Assembly: GCA_038230375.1 (NCBI GenBank)
Contig: JBBRNJ010000014.1
Coordinates: forward strand, 32,001 to 96,000
DNA from: Polyangiales bacterium
GTDB taxonomy: Bacteria; Myxococcota_A; Polyangia; Polyangiales; Polyangiaceae
DNA: 64,000 bases
Reading direction: 5' to 3'
The translations under genes were made by a program, and so were the position numbers. The notes under the pieces are model-generated. The model was not told the DNA's origin, did not search any database, and was given only the letters and a program-made list of their open reading frames with translations. How positions within the stretch are numbered: the first letter of the stretch is position 1; each line of letters opens with the position of its first letter. Shown here one piece after another: positions 37,601 to 45,707 of the stretch.

Positions 37601-38722
37601 TTGCACGCGCACAGGCTCCACAAAGTTTTCCTCTCGACGTTACCTTGGCTCCTCTTGGGGCCGTACGTGCTCCCCGGCTGCTCTGCGAGCACTACGAACA
37701 GCACGTTCGCCTCGCAGGATGGGGACGCGGGCGACCCGGATTCGGGACCTCAATGTTCCCCCTGCGGCTGCGGCGATGGTGGTGCAAAGACAGTCGCACT
37801 CACAGGCGGTCTGCCTAGTGTGGCTGACGCTGGCGCTGATGCTGGCGGCGCTCCCTACCCGGGCGAGTCGCTCCTGTACCCAGTGTGTCAAAGCATCTGC
37901 GGTGCTGGCTTCACCGGCTGCTCTGTTCTCACAGTGAGCCCGATGCTGACGGTGCAGTGCAGCCCAGGCTGTTTCGGCGGGCGCCCGCCCGAGGGCCTCT
38001 CTGACCGCTGGCGCGAGGTAAGCTCGGTTGGCAGTTACTTTGCGGAAATGGCGCGCCTCGAGGCGGCCTCGGTCCCGGCCTTCCGGCGCATGGCACACGA
38101 GCTTCGGAAGCACGGCGCGCCCAAGTCGCTGGTGCACGCCGCACGCCGCTCCGCCGTCGACGAGATTGCCCATGCGCGCATCGCAGCTCGCATGGCGAAG
38201 CGCTTCGGCGCGGAGCCGGACTGGTCCCGCGTCGAGCCGAGCGGCGAACGGAGCCTGTTCGCGTTCGCTCTTGAGAACGAAGTCGAGGGCTGCGTGCGCG
38301 AGACTCTTGGCGCCCTGACCGGCATGCACCAGGCGCACTTTGCTGAAGACGCCCGCGTCCGCGCCATGATGAAGACGATCGCCGAGGATGAGGCACGCCA
38401 TGCCGCACTATCGCATCGCGTGTCGACATGGGCGCGCCGACAATTGACTCCTCCGCAGCGCACCGCGCTCGACGTTGCACGCCAGCACGCGCTCATGGAC
38501 GCGCAGAGCGATTTCCTTCACCCCCCCCTCGTAACTTGGCAACGGTTGCTCGGACTCCCGACCGCAACCGCGTCGAAAGCGCTGCTATCGGCCCTAGCGT
38601 CGGAGTTGCTGGCACACAAAGAAGGCAAGCCCAACGCCCGCAAGCCCACAAGCCCACAAGCCAAGCCCGCGTCCCGGAAACGCCCTCAGAAGCGAATCCG
38701 CAAGCGTGTACCATCTCCGTAA
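37601..38722 (+). CDS. lipoprotein with C-terminal ferritin-like domain
   Basis: LPGC lipobox, Cys/DAG linker, LEAASV.AF..EL, DEIAHA, ENEVEGCVRET, DEARHA (two ExxH). Confidence 0.85.
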   Translation: MHAHRLHKVFLSTLPWLLLGPYVLPGCSASTTNSTFASQDGDAGDPDSGPQCSPCGCGDGGAKTVALTGGLPSVADAGADAGGAPYPGESLLYPVCQSICGAGFTGCSVLTVSPMLTVQCSPGCFGGRPPEGLSDRWREVSSVGSYFAEMARLEAASVPAFRRMAHELRKHGAPKSLVHAARRSAVDEIAHARIAARMAKRFGAEPDWSRVEPSGERSLFAFALENEVEGCVRETLGALTGMHQAHFAEDARVRAMMKTIAEDEARHAALSHRVSTWARRQLTPPQRTALDVARQHALMDAQSDFLHPPLVTWQRLLGLPTATASKALLSALASELLAHKEGKPNARKPTSPQAKPASRKRPQKRIRKRVPSP

Positions 38723-38724
38723 TA

Positions 38725-38755
38725 AAGTCCGATAATTCCATATGCGAAATCGGAC
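38725..38755. other. degenerate dif-like site / AT-rich hairpin
   Basis: AAGTCCGATAA-TTCCA-TATGCGAAAT resembles XerC/XerD arms but is 2 bp short; GTCCGAT...ATCGGAC inverted repeat. Confidence 0.3.
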
Positions 38756-39028
38756 GGCAGAGTCAGAGCGCGCCAAACCTAGGCGAGCTACTCACCGCGC
38801 TGAAGAAGCCGTCTGCACTGTACTATCTGGCAGGACTACTCCGGAACCGATCGCGGCGGTGGAGCGAAGTTTGGAAGGCTAGCGTGCTCGATGACGGAGG
38901 ACCAAGATCCGAAACGTGACGTCGCCAGGCTTCCGCGTGGCAGAGATCAGCGGCCGTGTCGCGACGCCCGGCGTCTTCTTTGGCGCCGACTGCCCGCGAA
39001 CGATCATCCTCGCCGAAAAACGATAGAC

Positions 39029-39619
39029 ATGAAGACACACAGCGCGGCGGTGTCGATCGCGCTTGTTGTGCTTCGGTGGCGCTGGCCTGTTGTGGGCGCA
39101 CGCACGACGACCCAGACGTCGCGAGCGACGCTAGCGGTGCAGGCATCGTTGATGCGCAGGCGGAACACGATGCCGGGCTGACGGACGCCGACCTGCAACG
39201 CGACCTCTTTCCGCCGGAGACGGCACTTGTCGAGGGCATGGACGTTCCAAGCTACGGGGGCCCTCCAGACTACGCTGACGGCTCGACTTGCTCGCCAGCG
39301 GGCACCAACACGGCCTTCTCCATCACGTTTCCGGCGCGGAAGTTCACGTGGAACTTTGTGCGAGGAGGCGGGTGACGCGGGCATTTTCCAGAAGACCACA
39401 GGCACGAAGGTGCTCACCGCCGCGGACACCGGCCCTCTGGAAGCCGCGCTCCACGCGATGCGTCTCTCGAGCGCCATTCCGTGCTGGGCAGACGCATCGG
39501 AGTGGGTCACGGTGACCACATCCCAGGTGATCGGGAAGTACACATCAAACGGATGCGACTCAGGCAGACAGCCAGTTTCCGGCGCGATGGAGGTCGTGTA
39601 CGAGCTGTCGTTGCTCTAG
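39029..39619 (+). pseudogene. lipoprotein gene broken by two compensating frameshifts
   Basis: MKTHSAAVSIALVV (frame A) > SVALACCG...FTWN (frame B) > LCEEAGDAG...YELSLL (frame A); shifts near 39070 and 39355. Confidence 0.6.
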
Positions 39620-40037
39620 AGGAAATAGCCGCGCACAATAATCGTCGCGGAAAAGCGCTAAGCTACGACGCATGAGTGTCGCGCACGACTACCGCGACCC
39701 TCGTCTTCCGCACCCGCGCACGTCGCCGCATGCAACGGCGTGACCCTCACGGGAGACTGAGCGGCGTGTGGGGCGCTCGCTGACCTCGAGGCGGCATGAG
39801 GCATCTCTTCAATCAACCGCCGACCATTGCGGCCCGCTCTTGCTCGCAACGCGCGACGACCCTCTTGGCATCCTCGACCACGGCGGGGTCTTCGTGCTGG
39901 AGCATGAGGCAACAGCTTCGAAGGCTGGCGAGGCGATGGTGCGCTCGATCCGGTTCGACCGCGGTCGCGTGGCCGTGTGATGCGCTTGCGTTCAGGCGCG
40001 CAGACGACGCGGTATCCAAGCGCGGAAACAAACAACA

Positions 40038-40500
40038 TTGGCGCTACGCTCTCTCGGTGACGCAGCGACGCCCGCCAACTTCGCAGGTGCAGCACTGTCC
40101 GGGGACTCCATCGGACTGCACAACGTCCCAGGCCGCGAAGTGATCGCCCTTGAGCGCGTGGACGAAATGGTCGCGGCATTTCGCGACGTCGAGGGCTTCG
40201 TCCGGTACACGTTCGCGACCTGGGCTGAGCCCGAAGCGATCCGGCGCTTGGAGGGCGACTACCACGACTACGAGGGACGCGAGATCGTCCGCTCCTTTCG
40301 CTATGAGGCATGGCGCTGCATCGCGCACGTGACCGTCCACGGTTCGCCGCGCTCGGCGCAGCATCGTCACGTCGCGTGCGGACTCATGCGAGCGGGGTAC
40401 GAGCGGTGGATCAAGTTCGACGACGAGACGGATTTCCGACGGGGCCTTTCGGGCCTGCGAAACATCGAGCAGGAGCTCGCGTTCCTTGCGTCGCTCGGCG
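40038..40500 (+). pseudogene. fragment of an unknown gene fused head-to-head with the truncated nucleotidyltransferase
   Basis: Coding-like codon use and globular-looking sequence (FVRYTFATW, YEAWRCIAH, WIKFDDETDF) that runs into the antisense of the next gene. Confidence 0.4.
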
Positions 40501-40667
40501 ACGACGATGCAGTCCACGTCAATGGTGGGGCGCACGTCCAGGCCGTCCGGGAGGCTGTAGGGCGCGGTCACCGTGCCGCCGACGAAGACGACGCGATCAC
40601 GCTCGGGCCCGAGCGCGCGTGCAACCGCGCTGACCGCGGCCCTGGACTTGAGTCGCGAGGAGTTCAT
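40500..40667 (-). pseudogene. truncated AbiEii-like nucleotidyltransferase toxin
   Basis: VVFVGG...RPTIDVDCIV NTase motif in the first 56 codons; the rest of the open frame reads as antisense of the opposite ORF; overlaps the antitoxin stop. Confidence 0.7.
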
Positions 40668-41185
40668 TCACCCAAGCGCTTCGCGAGTTCGGCGCGGGCC
40701 ATGCTGCGCTCGCGCGCTCGTCCCACCCGCAGCGTGTCGGCCAGCGCGAGGTACTCGTAGAGGGCAGGGTCCTCGGCCGCCGCGAGCGGCACGGTCCGGT
40801 AGAGCGGGGCGATCATGCGTCCTCGTGCGCGCGGGCCCTTGCCCTTGATGGCCCAGACCACGCCGTCATCATCCCCCAGCTGGAGTTCCTTCGCGAGCAC
40901 ACCCACGCTGGACGCGGTGGGCATGCCTTCGCCGAAGGACCCGAGCTGCGCCGGGAACACGTACCGCAATCCGGACACGAGGAACTCGAGGAGGCTCGCG
41001 CGGATGATCCGGCGCTCGCGTGCGTTGAAGAGTGAGCACGCGGCGAGGCGCTTGAGGCCGTGGTTCACCTCGCTGGCGCTCATGTGCAGCGCCTCCGCGA
41101 GCTGGAGCTGATTCCAGTCAGGAGCACGTGCTGTGGCGAGCTTCATCGCGAGCACGACGTCCTGGGGTTTGAGTCGGAGGTCCAC
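40664..41185 (-). CDS. AbiEi-like winged-HTH antitoxin / regulator
   Basis: LKPQDV..KL, LAEAL.MS.SEV..GL.R, EFL..GLRYVFPA, PLY.TVP.AA..D..LY..LAL.D.LR.GRARER; GGAGG RBS before GTG. Confidence 0.75.
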   Translation of the reverse strand: MDLRLKPQDVVLAMKLATARAPDWNQLQLAEALHMSASEVNHGLKRLAACSLFNARERRIIRASLLEFLVSGLRYVFPAQLGSFGEGMPTASSVGVLAKELQLGDDDGVVWAIKGKGPRARGRMIAPLYRTVPLAAAEDPALYEYLALADTLRVGRARERSMARAELAKRLGE

Positions 41186-41208
41186 GGTTCCTCCACAGCA
41201 TAGATCGT

Positions 41209-41227
41209 CATTTGCAAATTGCAAATG
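41209..41227. promoter_or_regulatory. perfect palindromic operator upstream of the antitoxin
   Basis: CATTTGCAA-A-TTGCAAATG, 23 bp upstream of the start codon. Confidence 0.7.
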
Positions 41228-41345
41228 CAGCCGTTCCTCGCAAGGATCGCGCGCCGCGATGTGCTTCGCGCACGGCCATCGAGCACGCGCCCCGCCTTCG
41301 TTGAGTCAACTCGGCCCGAGTATGTCCCGCGAGCGGCCTGGATTT

Positions 41346-41420
41346 TGGTGGGCGCAGCAGGGATTGAACCTGCGACTTCCTCCGTGTGAAGGAGGCACTC
41401 TACCGCTGAGTTATGCGCCC
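41346..41420 (-). tRNA. tRNA-Val (anticodon CAC)
   Basis: GGGCGCATAACTCAGCGGTAGAGTGCCTCCTT-CAC-ACGGAGGAAGTCGCAGGTTCAATCCCTGCTGCGCCCACCA. Confidence 0.97.
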
Positions 41421-41555
41421 TGGAGAGGCCCAACGAAGTACCGCGTCGCCTCGCCAAATGCAACCCCCTCTGCCCTCGGGCCACTGAACGCCTGTCATCA
41501 TTCCTGTGGGGGGACGGCGATCGGTGGCGCTTGCGCTGTGATATCGGCTGCGGCC

Positions 41556-42209
41556 GTGTCCGACTCGCTTCCATTCTTGATCGTTGAAGACGATGCGCCC
41601 GTGCGCCGCGTCATCAGGAAGGTCCTCTCTTCCTACGGCGAGGTCCGCGCCGTCACATCGATCACCGCCGCGCTCGAGGCGATGGCGTTGCATCGACGCT
41701 GGTGCGGCCTCGTGCTCGATTTCAAGCTCGGGGATGGCAACGGCCTCGACTTCCTCGAGCTCGCGCGGACGCGGTACCCGCAACTGCCCGCGTTGCTCCT
41801 GACCGGCACGCTGGCGCCGGCGGTCGTGAACCGCGCGTTCCAGCTGCGTGCCGCGTACCTCTGCAAGCCCGTCGAGGTCGACCACCTGCGGCGGTTTGCA
41901 CGCGAAGCGCGCGGTGCGACCCCAGCTGCGCCCGCTACCGCGTCTGCCCCGGCGGGGCTACCAGGTCCTATTCGCGATGCGGCGCTCGACTATGCGCGCA
42001 CACACCGCCTCAGCCCCGTGGAGACCATGGTGGTGGAGGCCATCGCGATGAACGTCTCGCGAATCGACGTGATCGATAAGCGCGACATCAGTGAGAACAC
42101 CTACAAGACGCACGTGCGCCACATCCTCCGGAAGACCAACGAGACCAGCGTGACGGCCGTTCGCGCGAAGGTGACGGAGCTGGCCGCGCGCCGCCTCAGC
42201 CGGGCTTGA
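41556..42209 (+). CDS. response regulator with LuxR-like HTH
   Basis: IVEDD, LDFKLGDGNG, LTG, KP; LS..E...ISENT.KTHVR.IL.K. Confidence 0.85.
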   Translation: MSDSLPFLIVEDDAPVRRVIRKVLSSYGEVRAVTSITAALEAMALHRRWCGLVLDFKLGDGNGLDFLELARTRYPQLPALLLTGTLAPAVVNRAFQLRAAYLCKPVEVDHLRRFAREARGATPAAPATASAPAGLPGPIRDAALDYARTHRLSPVETMVVEAIAMNVSRIDVIDKRDISENTYKTHVRHILRKTNETSVTAVRAKVTELAARRLSRA

Positions 42210-42483
42210 TGGCCACGAGCTGCACCGTGGCGCTCGGCCCGGCGTGCAGACGCCCCTCGTGGACCTCGCGCGCCGCGTTGCGAAGGACAGCGAAGGCGAG
42301 CGCGGAGAAATCCTGCTTCAGTTCGTCGAGTGTCGGCAACATGTCGAGGTCCTTCGGGCCGCCGGTGCCTTTGGCGATCTGCTCGGGCCTGTAGCTCTCG
42401 ATGATGAGCACGCCGCGCGGGGCGAGCGCCTTCACGATGCGTGCGGACAGCGCGCGCCGGTCGGAGCGAAAGAACTGCGACAT
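42196..42483 (-). pseudogene. C-terminal half of a class I SAM methyltransferase
   Basis: ALAPRGVLIIESY.P.Q..GTGGP..EG..H.G pattern; SAM-binding motif I absent. Confidence 0.6.
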
Positions 42484-42542
42484 GGCCTCGCTCGGTCGTA
42501 CTACGCCGCGCTGGGGGCGTAAACCCGTGCTATCCGCAGGGC

Positions 42543-43184
42543 ATGGGTTTCTGGGAGCGCCGCGTACTGCCGCACCTGATCGAGAAGGCCTGCAGGAGCT
42601 CGGAGATCAAGGAAGAGCGCGCTCGTGTCGTGCCCCGCGCGCGTGGGCGAGTGCTCGAGGTGGGCGTGGGCTCCGGCCTCAACCTCGCGTTCTACGATCC
42701 CGCGAAGGTGACGGAGCTCTGCGGCGTGGATCCATCGGAGCCGCTGCTCTCGCGCGCCCGCGAGCGCGCCCGTGACGTACAGCTGAAGACGAACCTGGTC
42801 CGTGGTTCGGCAGAGGCGCTTCCGTTCGACGACGCTTCGTTCGACACGGTCCTTGTCACCTACTCGCTCTGCAGCGTGACGGATGTTGCGCGTGCGCTCT
42901 CGCAGATGAGGCGCGTGCTCGCTCCGGAGGGACATCTGCTCTTCATCGAGCACGGACTCTCACCCGAGCCCGACGTCGCGCGGTGGCAGCGCCTGCTCAC
43001 GCCGGCATGGCGCCGCGTCGGCGGTGGTTGCCGCCTGGACCGTGACATCCGTGGAGAGCTTCGCGACGCAGGCTTCACGCTCGACGACGTGTCCGCGCAC
43101 TACGGCGAGAGCCCGAAGTGGCTTGGATTCACGTGCGAAGGTGCGGCCTCGAAAAATCGACCCGGCGGGCCTGAAGCCGCTTGA
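42543..43184 (+). CDS. class I SAM-dependent methyltransferase
   Basis: VLEVGVGSG, AEALPFDDASFDTV, LCSV, FIEHG, GGC.LDR. Confidence 0.92.
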   Translation: MGFWERRVLPHLIEKACRSSEIKEERARVVPRARGRVLEVGVGSGLNLAFYDPAKVTELCGVDPSEPLLSRARERARDVQLKTNLVRGSAEALPFDDASFDTVLVTYSLCSVTDVARALSQMRRVLAPEGHLLFIEHGLSPEPDVARWQRLLTPAWRRVGGGCRLDRDIRGELRDAGFTLDDVSAHYGESPKWLGFTCEGAASKNRPGGPEAA

Positions 43185-43227
43185 GCTTCACCAGTTTGTC
43201 CCGTAACCGAAGCGGAAGAGTTTCGTC

Positions 43228-45174
43228 GTGCAGGACTCCCACTCGGCCAGCCGGATCGATCCACCCGACGCGCCAGAGGAGCGCGGGCCGGCGTCCGTGC
43301 GCCCACGAAGACTGCTCTCCCGGATCCCGACGGCCACGTGGCTTTGCGTCGCGTTCGTCGCCGCATACCTGATCCTCTTCGAGAGCTACAGCGGCGCCAC
43401 GTTCCACGAGTCCGAGAAGCTCGGCTCGCTCGGCCGCGATCTGTTCACGTTTCTTCCGTACCTCGCACCCGTCATCCTGATCGAGGCCGCCACCCGCGGC
43501 CGCCTGCGCAAGGCGCTGGTCGCGGTCTATCTCGTGCTGCACGCACTCGTCGACATGGCGGAGACCACTGCGCGCGGTCAGCTCGACTTTGCGTTCCTGC
43601 GCGACAACTTCGCGGAGGCCTCCTCGAACGCCGGCGCCGCCATGATGGTCGGCGTGATCCCGATGCCGGTGCGTGTGCTCGTCGCGATGGAGCTCGTCGT
43701 GGTCGCGCTCTACGTGTGGCGTGAGCGCGCGCAGCGCTCCGTCCTTGCAACGCTCGCAGGCCGCGCACGCCTGGCCTGGGGTGCCGCCGCCGCTGTGCTC
43801 TTCCTGCTCGCGTTCGTCGGAAGCATCCCCTCGCGCGACTCGGTCACCAACTTCGGCAACTCGATGGCGCAGTACTACGGAAAGAACCAGCGCATGGCGG
43901 ATGCGCGCGCCCGCACACCTGGCCTCTATCCGCTCGTGCATCGCGACCCCGTCGTTGCGCCTCCCCTTGGCGTGCTGCCGGCCACAACGGCGGCCGAGCG
44001 ACCCAACATCGTCGTGATCATGATGGAGTCGTTCAGCGCCGAGTACCTGGGCAAGATCGCACCGGACGGACAGCCCTACACGCCCACCGTGAACGGCCTT
44101 TACGCGCGCGGCCTCTCGGCACCGCGCTTCTACGGCAACTCCATCCAGACGTGCCACGGCCACTTCTCCACGCTCTGTTCGCTCGCGCCGAGCTACCGCA
44201 AGAAGGAGACGTACATCGAGCCGCTGACGCTCGACTGCTTGCCCACGATTCTCAGGCGGCAGGGCTACACGACATCGCTCTACGCCGGTGACGAGTCGGA
44301 GCACTTCGACGGGATCGACGAGTTCGGCGTGCGCCTGGGTTTCGAGGACACGCACACCGCCGCGCCCGCCGCGGTGACACCAGAGGAGCAGGCACATGTC
44401 TGGGGCTGGGGTCTCCAGGACGACTACTTCTACGCGTGGGCGCTGCGCAACGTGATCGCCCGCCGGGATCCAGCGCGTCCGTTCTTCGTCGCGCTCGCGC
44501 CGGTGTCGAACCACTATCCGTTCAACGAGGAGCCCGGACGCGCGGACATGCCCGGGGAGCCCACGAGCGCACGCGCTGCATACACCGCTTCGCTTCGTGC
44601 GTCGGATCTGCGCCTCGCGCGGTTCTTCGAGCTGCTCGTGGAGAAGGATCTCGCGAAGGACACCCTCGTCGTCGTCACCGGCGACCACAGCTTCCCCGCC
44701 GACGAGCACGGATCACACTGGAACGAGCGCGGCTTCTACGAAGAATCCTTCCGCGTGCCGCTCGCAATGGTGTGGCCCGGCCATCTGCCGCCGCGCGCGC
44801 TCGACGGCGCGTTCTCGCAGATCGACATCGCGCCCACCATCCTTGATCTTGTCGGCATCCACGAGGACGTTCCCTTCGTCGGTCGTTCCGTGCTTGTGCC
44901 CGGCCCGCGCTTCGTGCCGCTCGTGCAGCCTTACGACGGCCAGTACCTGGGCGCGGTCGCGTGGCCATGGAAGTACCGCGAGCACGGCCTGACGGGCGAG
45001 GCACGTATGATCGATCTCGCGGCGGACCCCATGGAGCGGACGCCGCTGCCCACCTCGGCCGCCCCTCCGGACGTCGTCGAGAAGCTCAAGGCGGACGTCG
45101 ACCGCATTCACCTGAACCAGGCGCTGCTCCAGTCGAACCAGGTGTGGCCAGGCAGCCGGGCAAGTAGTCCGTGA
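43228..45174 (+). CDS. LTA synthase / sulfatase-family membrane phosphotransferase
   Basis: N-terminal TM helices; PNIVVIMMES, Thr nucleophile region NSIQT, SNHYPF, GDH, SQIDIAPT. Confidence 0.85.
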   Translation: MQDSHSASRIDPPDAPEERGPASVRPRRLLSRIPTATWLCVAFVAAYLILFESYSGATFHESEKLGSLGRDLFTFLPYLAPVILIEAATRGRLRKALVAVYLVLHALVDMAETTARGQLDFAFLRDNFAEASSNAGAAMMVGVIPMPVRVLVAMELVVVALYVWRERAQRSVLATLAGRARLAWGAAAAVLFLLAFVGSIPSRDSVTNFGNSMAQYYGKNQRMADARARTPGLYPLVHRDPVVAPPLGVLPATTAAERPNIVVIMMESFSAEYLGKIAPDGQPYTPTVNGLYARGLSAPRFYGNSIQTCHGHFSTLCSLAPSYRKKETYIEPLTLDCLPTILRRQGYTTSLYAGDESEHFDGIDEFGVRLGFEDTHTAAPAAVTPEEQAHVWGWGLQDDYFYAWALRNVIARRDPARPFFVALAPVSNHYPFNEEPGRADMPGEPTSARAAYTASLRASDLRLARFFELLVEKDLAKDTLVVVTGDHSFPADEHGSHWNERGFYEESFRVPLAMVWPGHLPPRALDGAFSQIDIAPTILDLVGIHEDVPFVGRSVLVPGPRFVPLVQPYDGQYLGAVAWPWKYREHGLTGEARMIDLAADPMERTPLPTSAAPPDVVEKLKADVDRIHLNQALLQSNQVWPGSRASSP

Positions 45175-45204
45175 CTCGGCTCGGGCCGCTACGCTCTGCG
45201 AGCC

Positions 45205-45633
45205 TCAGGGCGAGAAGGTGGACGTGTCCGCTGGCTTCGCGTCCTTCGGCGGTTTCGGCGGCGGGAGCGGCTCTGGCGTCTGCGACTTGCCGTTGCCCTT
45301 CGGCGGGTCCGCGGGCTTGCCACTCCCGCTGCTTGCGCTCGACGCAGGTCCGGCGCCACCAGAGCCAGCGGGCTTCGCGCCGCCACCACCACCACCACCA
45401 CCGGCGCCGCCGCCCGCGCCAGGGCCGCCCATTGTCTTCTGGGAGCACTCGCCCAGGATGTCGCCCTTGGCCTTGTTGCACTCGTAGCCGCCCATGCAAT
45501 CCGTATCCATCAGGCACCGAGAGCCGTGCGGCGTGTTGCTCGGCGATGCCATGCCGCCTTCGTTGCACGCGACAACCACGAGCAAGGTCGCAACGAGGCC
45601 GAAAGGAGCAAACACAGCACGTCGGCGGATCAT
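45205..45633 (-). CDS. small lipoprotein with Cys motif and Gly/Pro-rich tail
   Basis: VVAC lipobox; C...DC..GYEC...C; poly-Gly linker. Confidence 0.6.
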   Translation of the reverse strand: MIRRRAVFAPFGLVATLLVVVACNEGGMASPSNTPHGSRCLMDTDCMGGYECNKAKGDILGECSQKTMGGPGAGGGAGGGGGGGGAKPAGSGGAGPASSASSGSGKPADPPKGNGKSQTPEPLPPPKPPKDAKPADTSTFSP

Positions 45634-45689
45634 GGGGGACCTCTCAACATACCACCTTCCTGCGGCTTCGCGCTTGACAACGGGCAAAT

Positions 45690-45706
45690 AGAGTACACAG
45701 TACTCT
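45690..45706. promoter_or_regulatory. NrtR-type operator (GT-N7-AC palindrome)
   Basis: AGAGTAC-ACA-GTACTCT between a TTGACA (45674) and the ATG of an ADP-ribosylglycohydrolase. Confidence 0.6.
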
Positions 45707-45707
45707 T

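Larger units (their letters stand above)
36174..41420. mobile_element. decayed genomic island integrated at tRNA-Val(CAC), no integrase retained
   Basis: Flanking att direct repeats; interior of fragments, pseudogenes, an IS stub and a TA remnant. Confidence 0.85.

Noticed and set aside
39660..40037. Short ORFs inside the island (39768-39980, 39813-40031)
   Set aside because: No recognisable motif, RBS or consistent codon bias; probably decayed DNA
45381..45402. (CCA)n trinucleotide run
   Set aside because: Simply encodes the poly-Gly linker of the minus-strand lipoprotein
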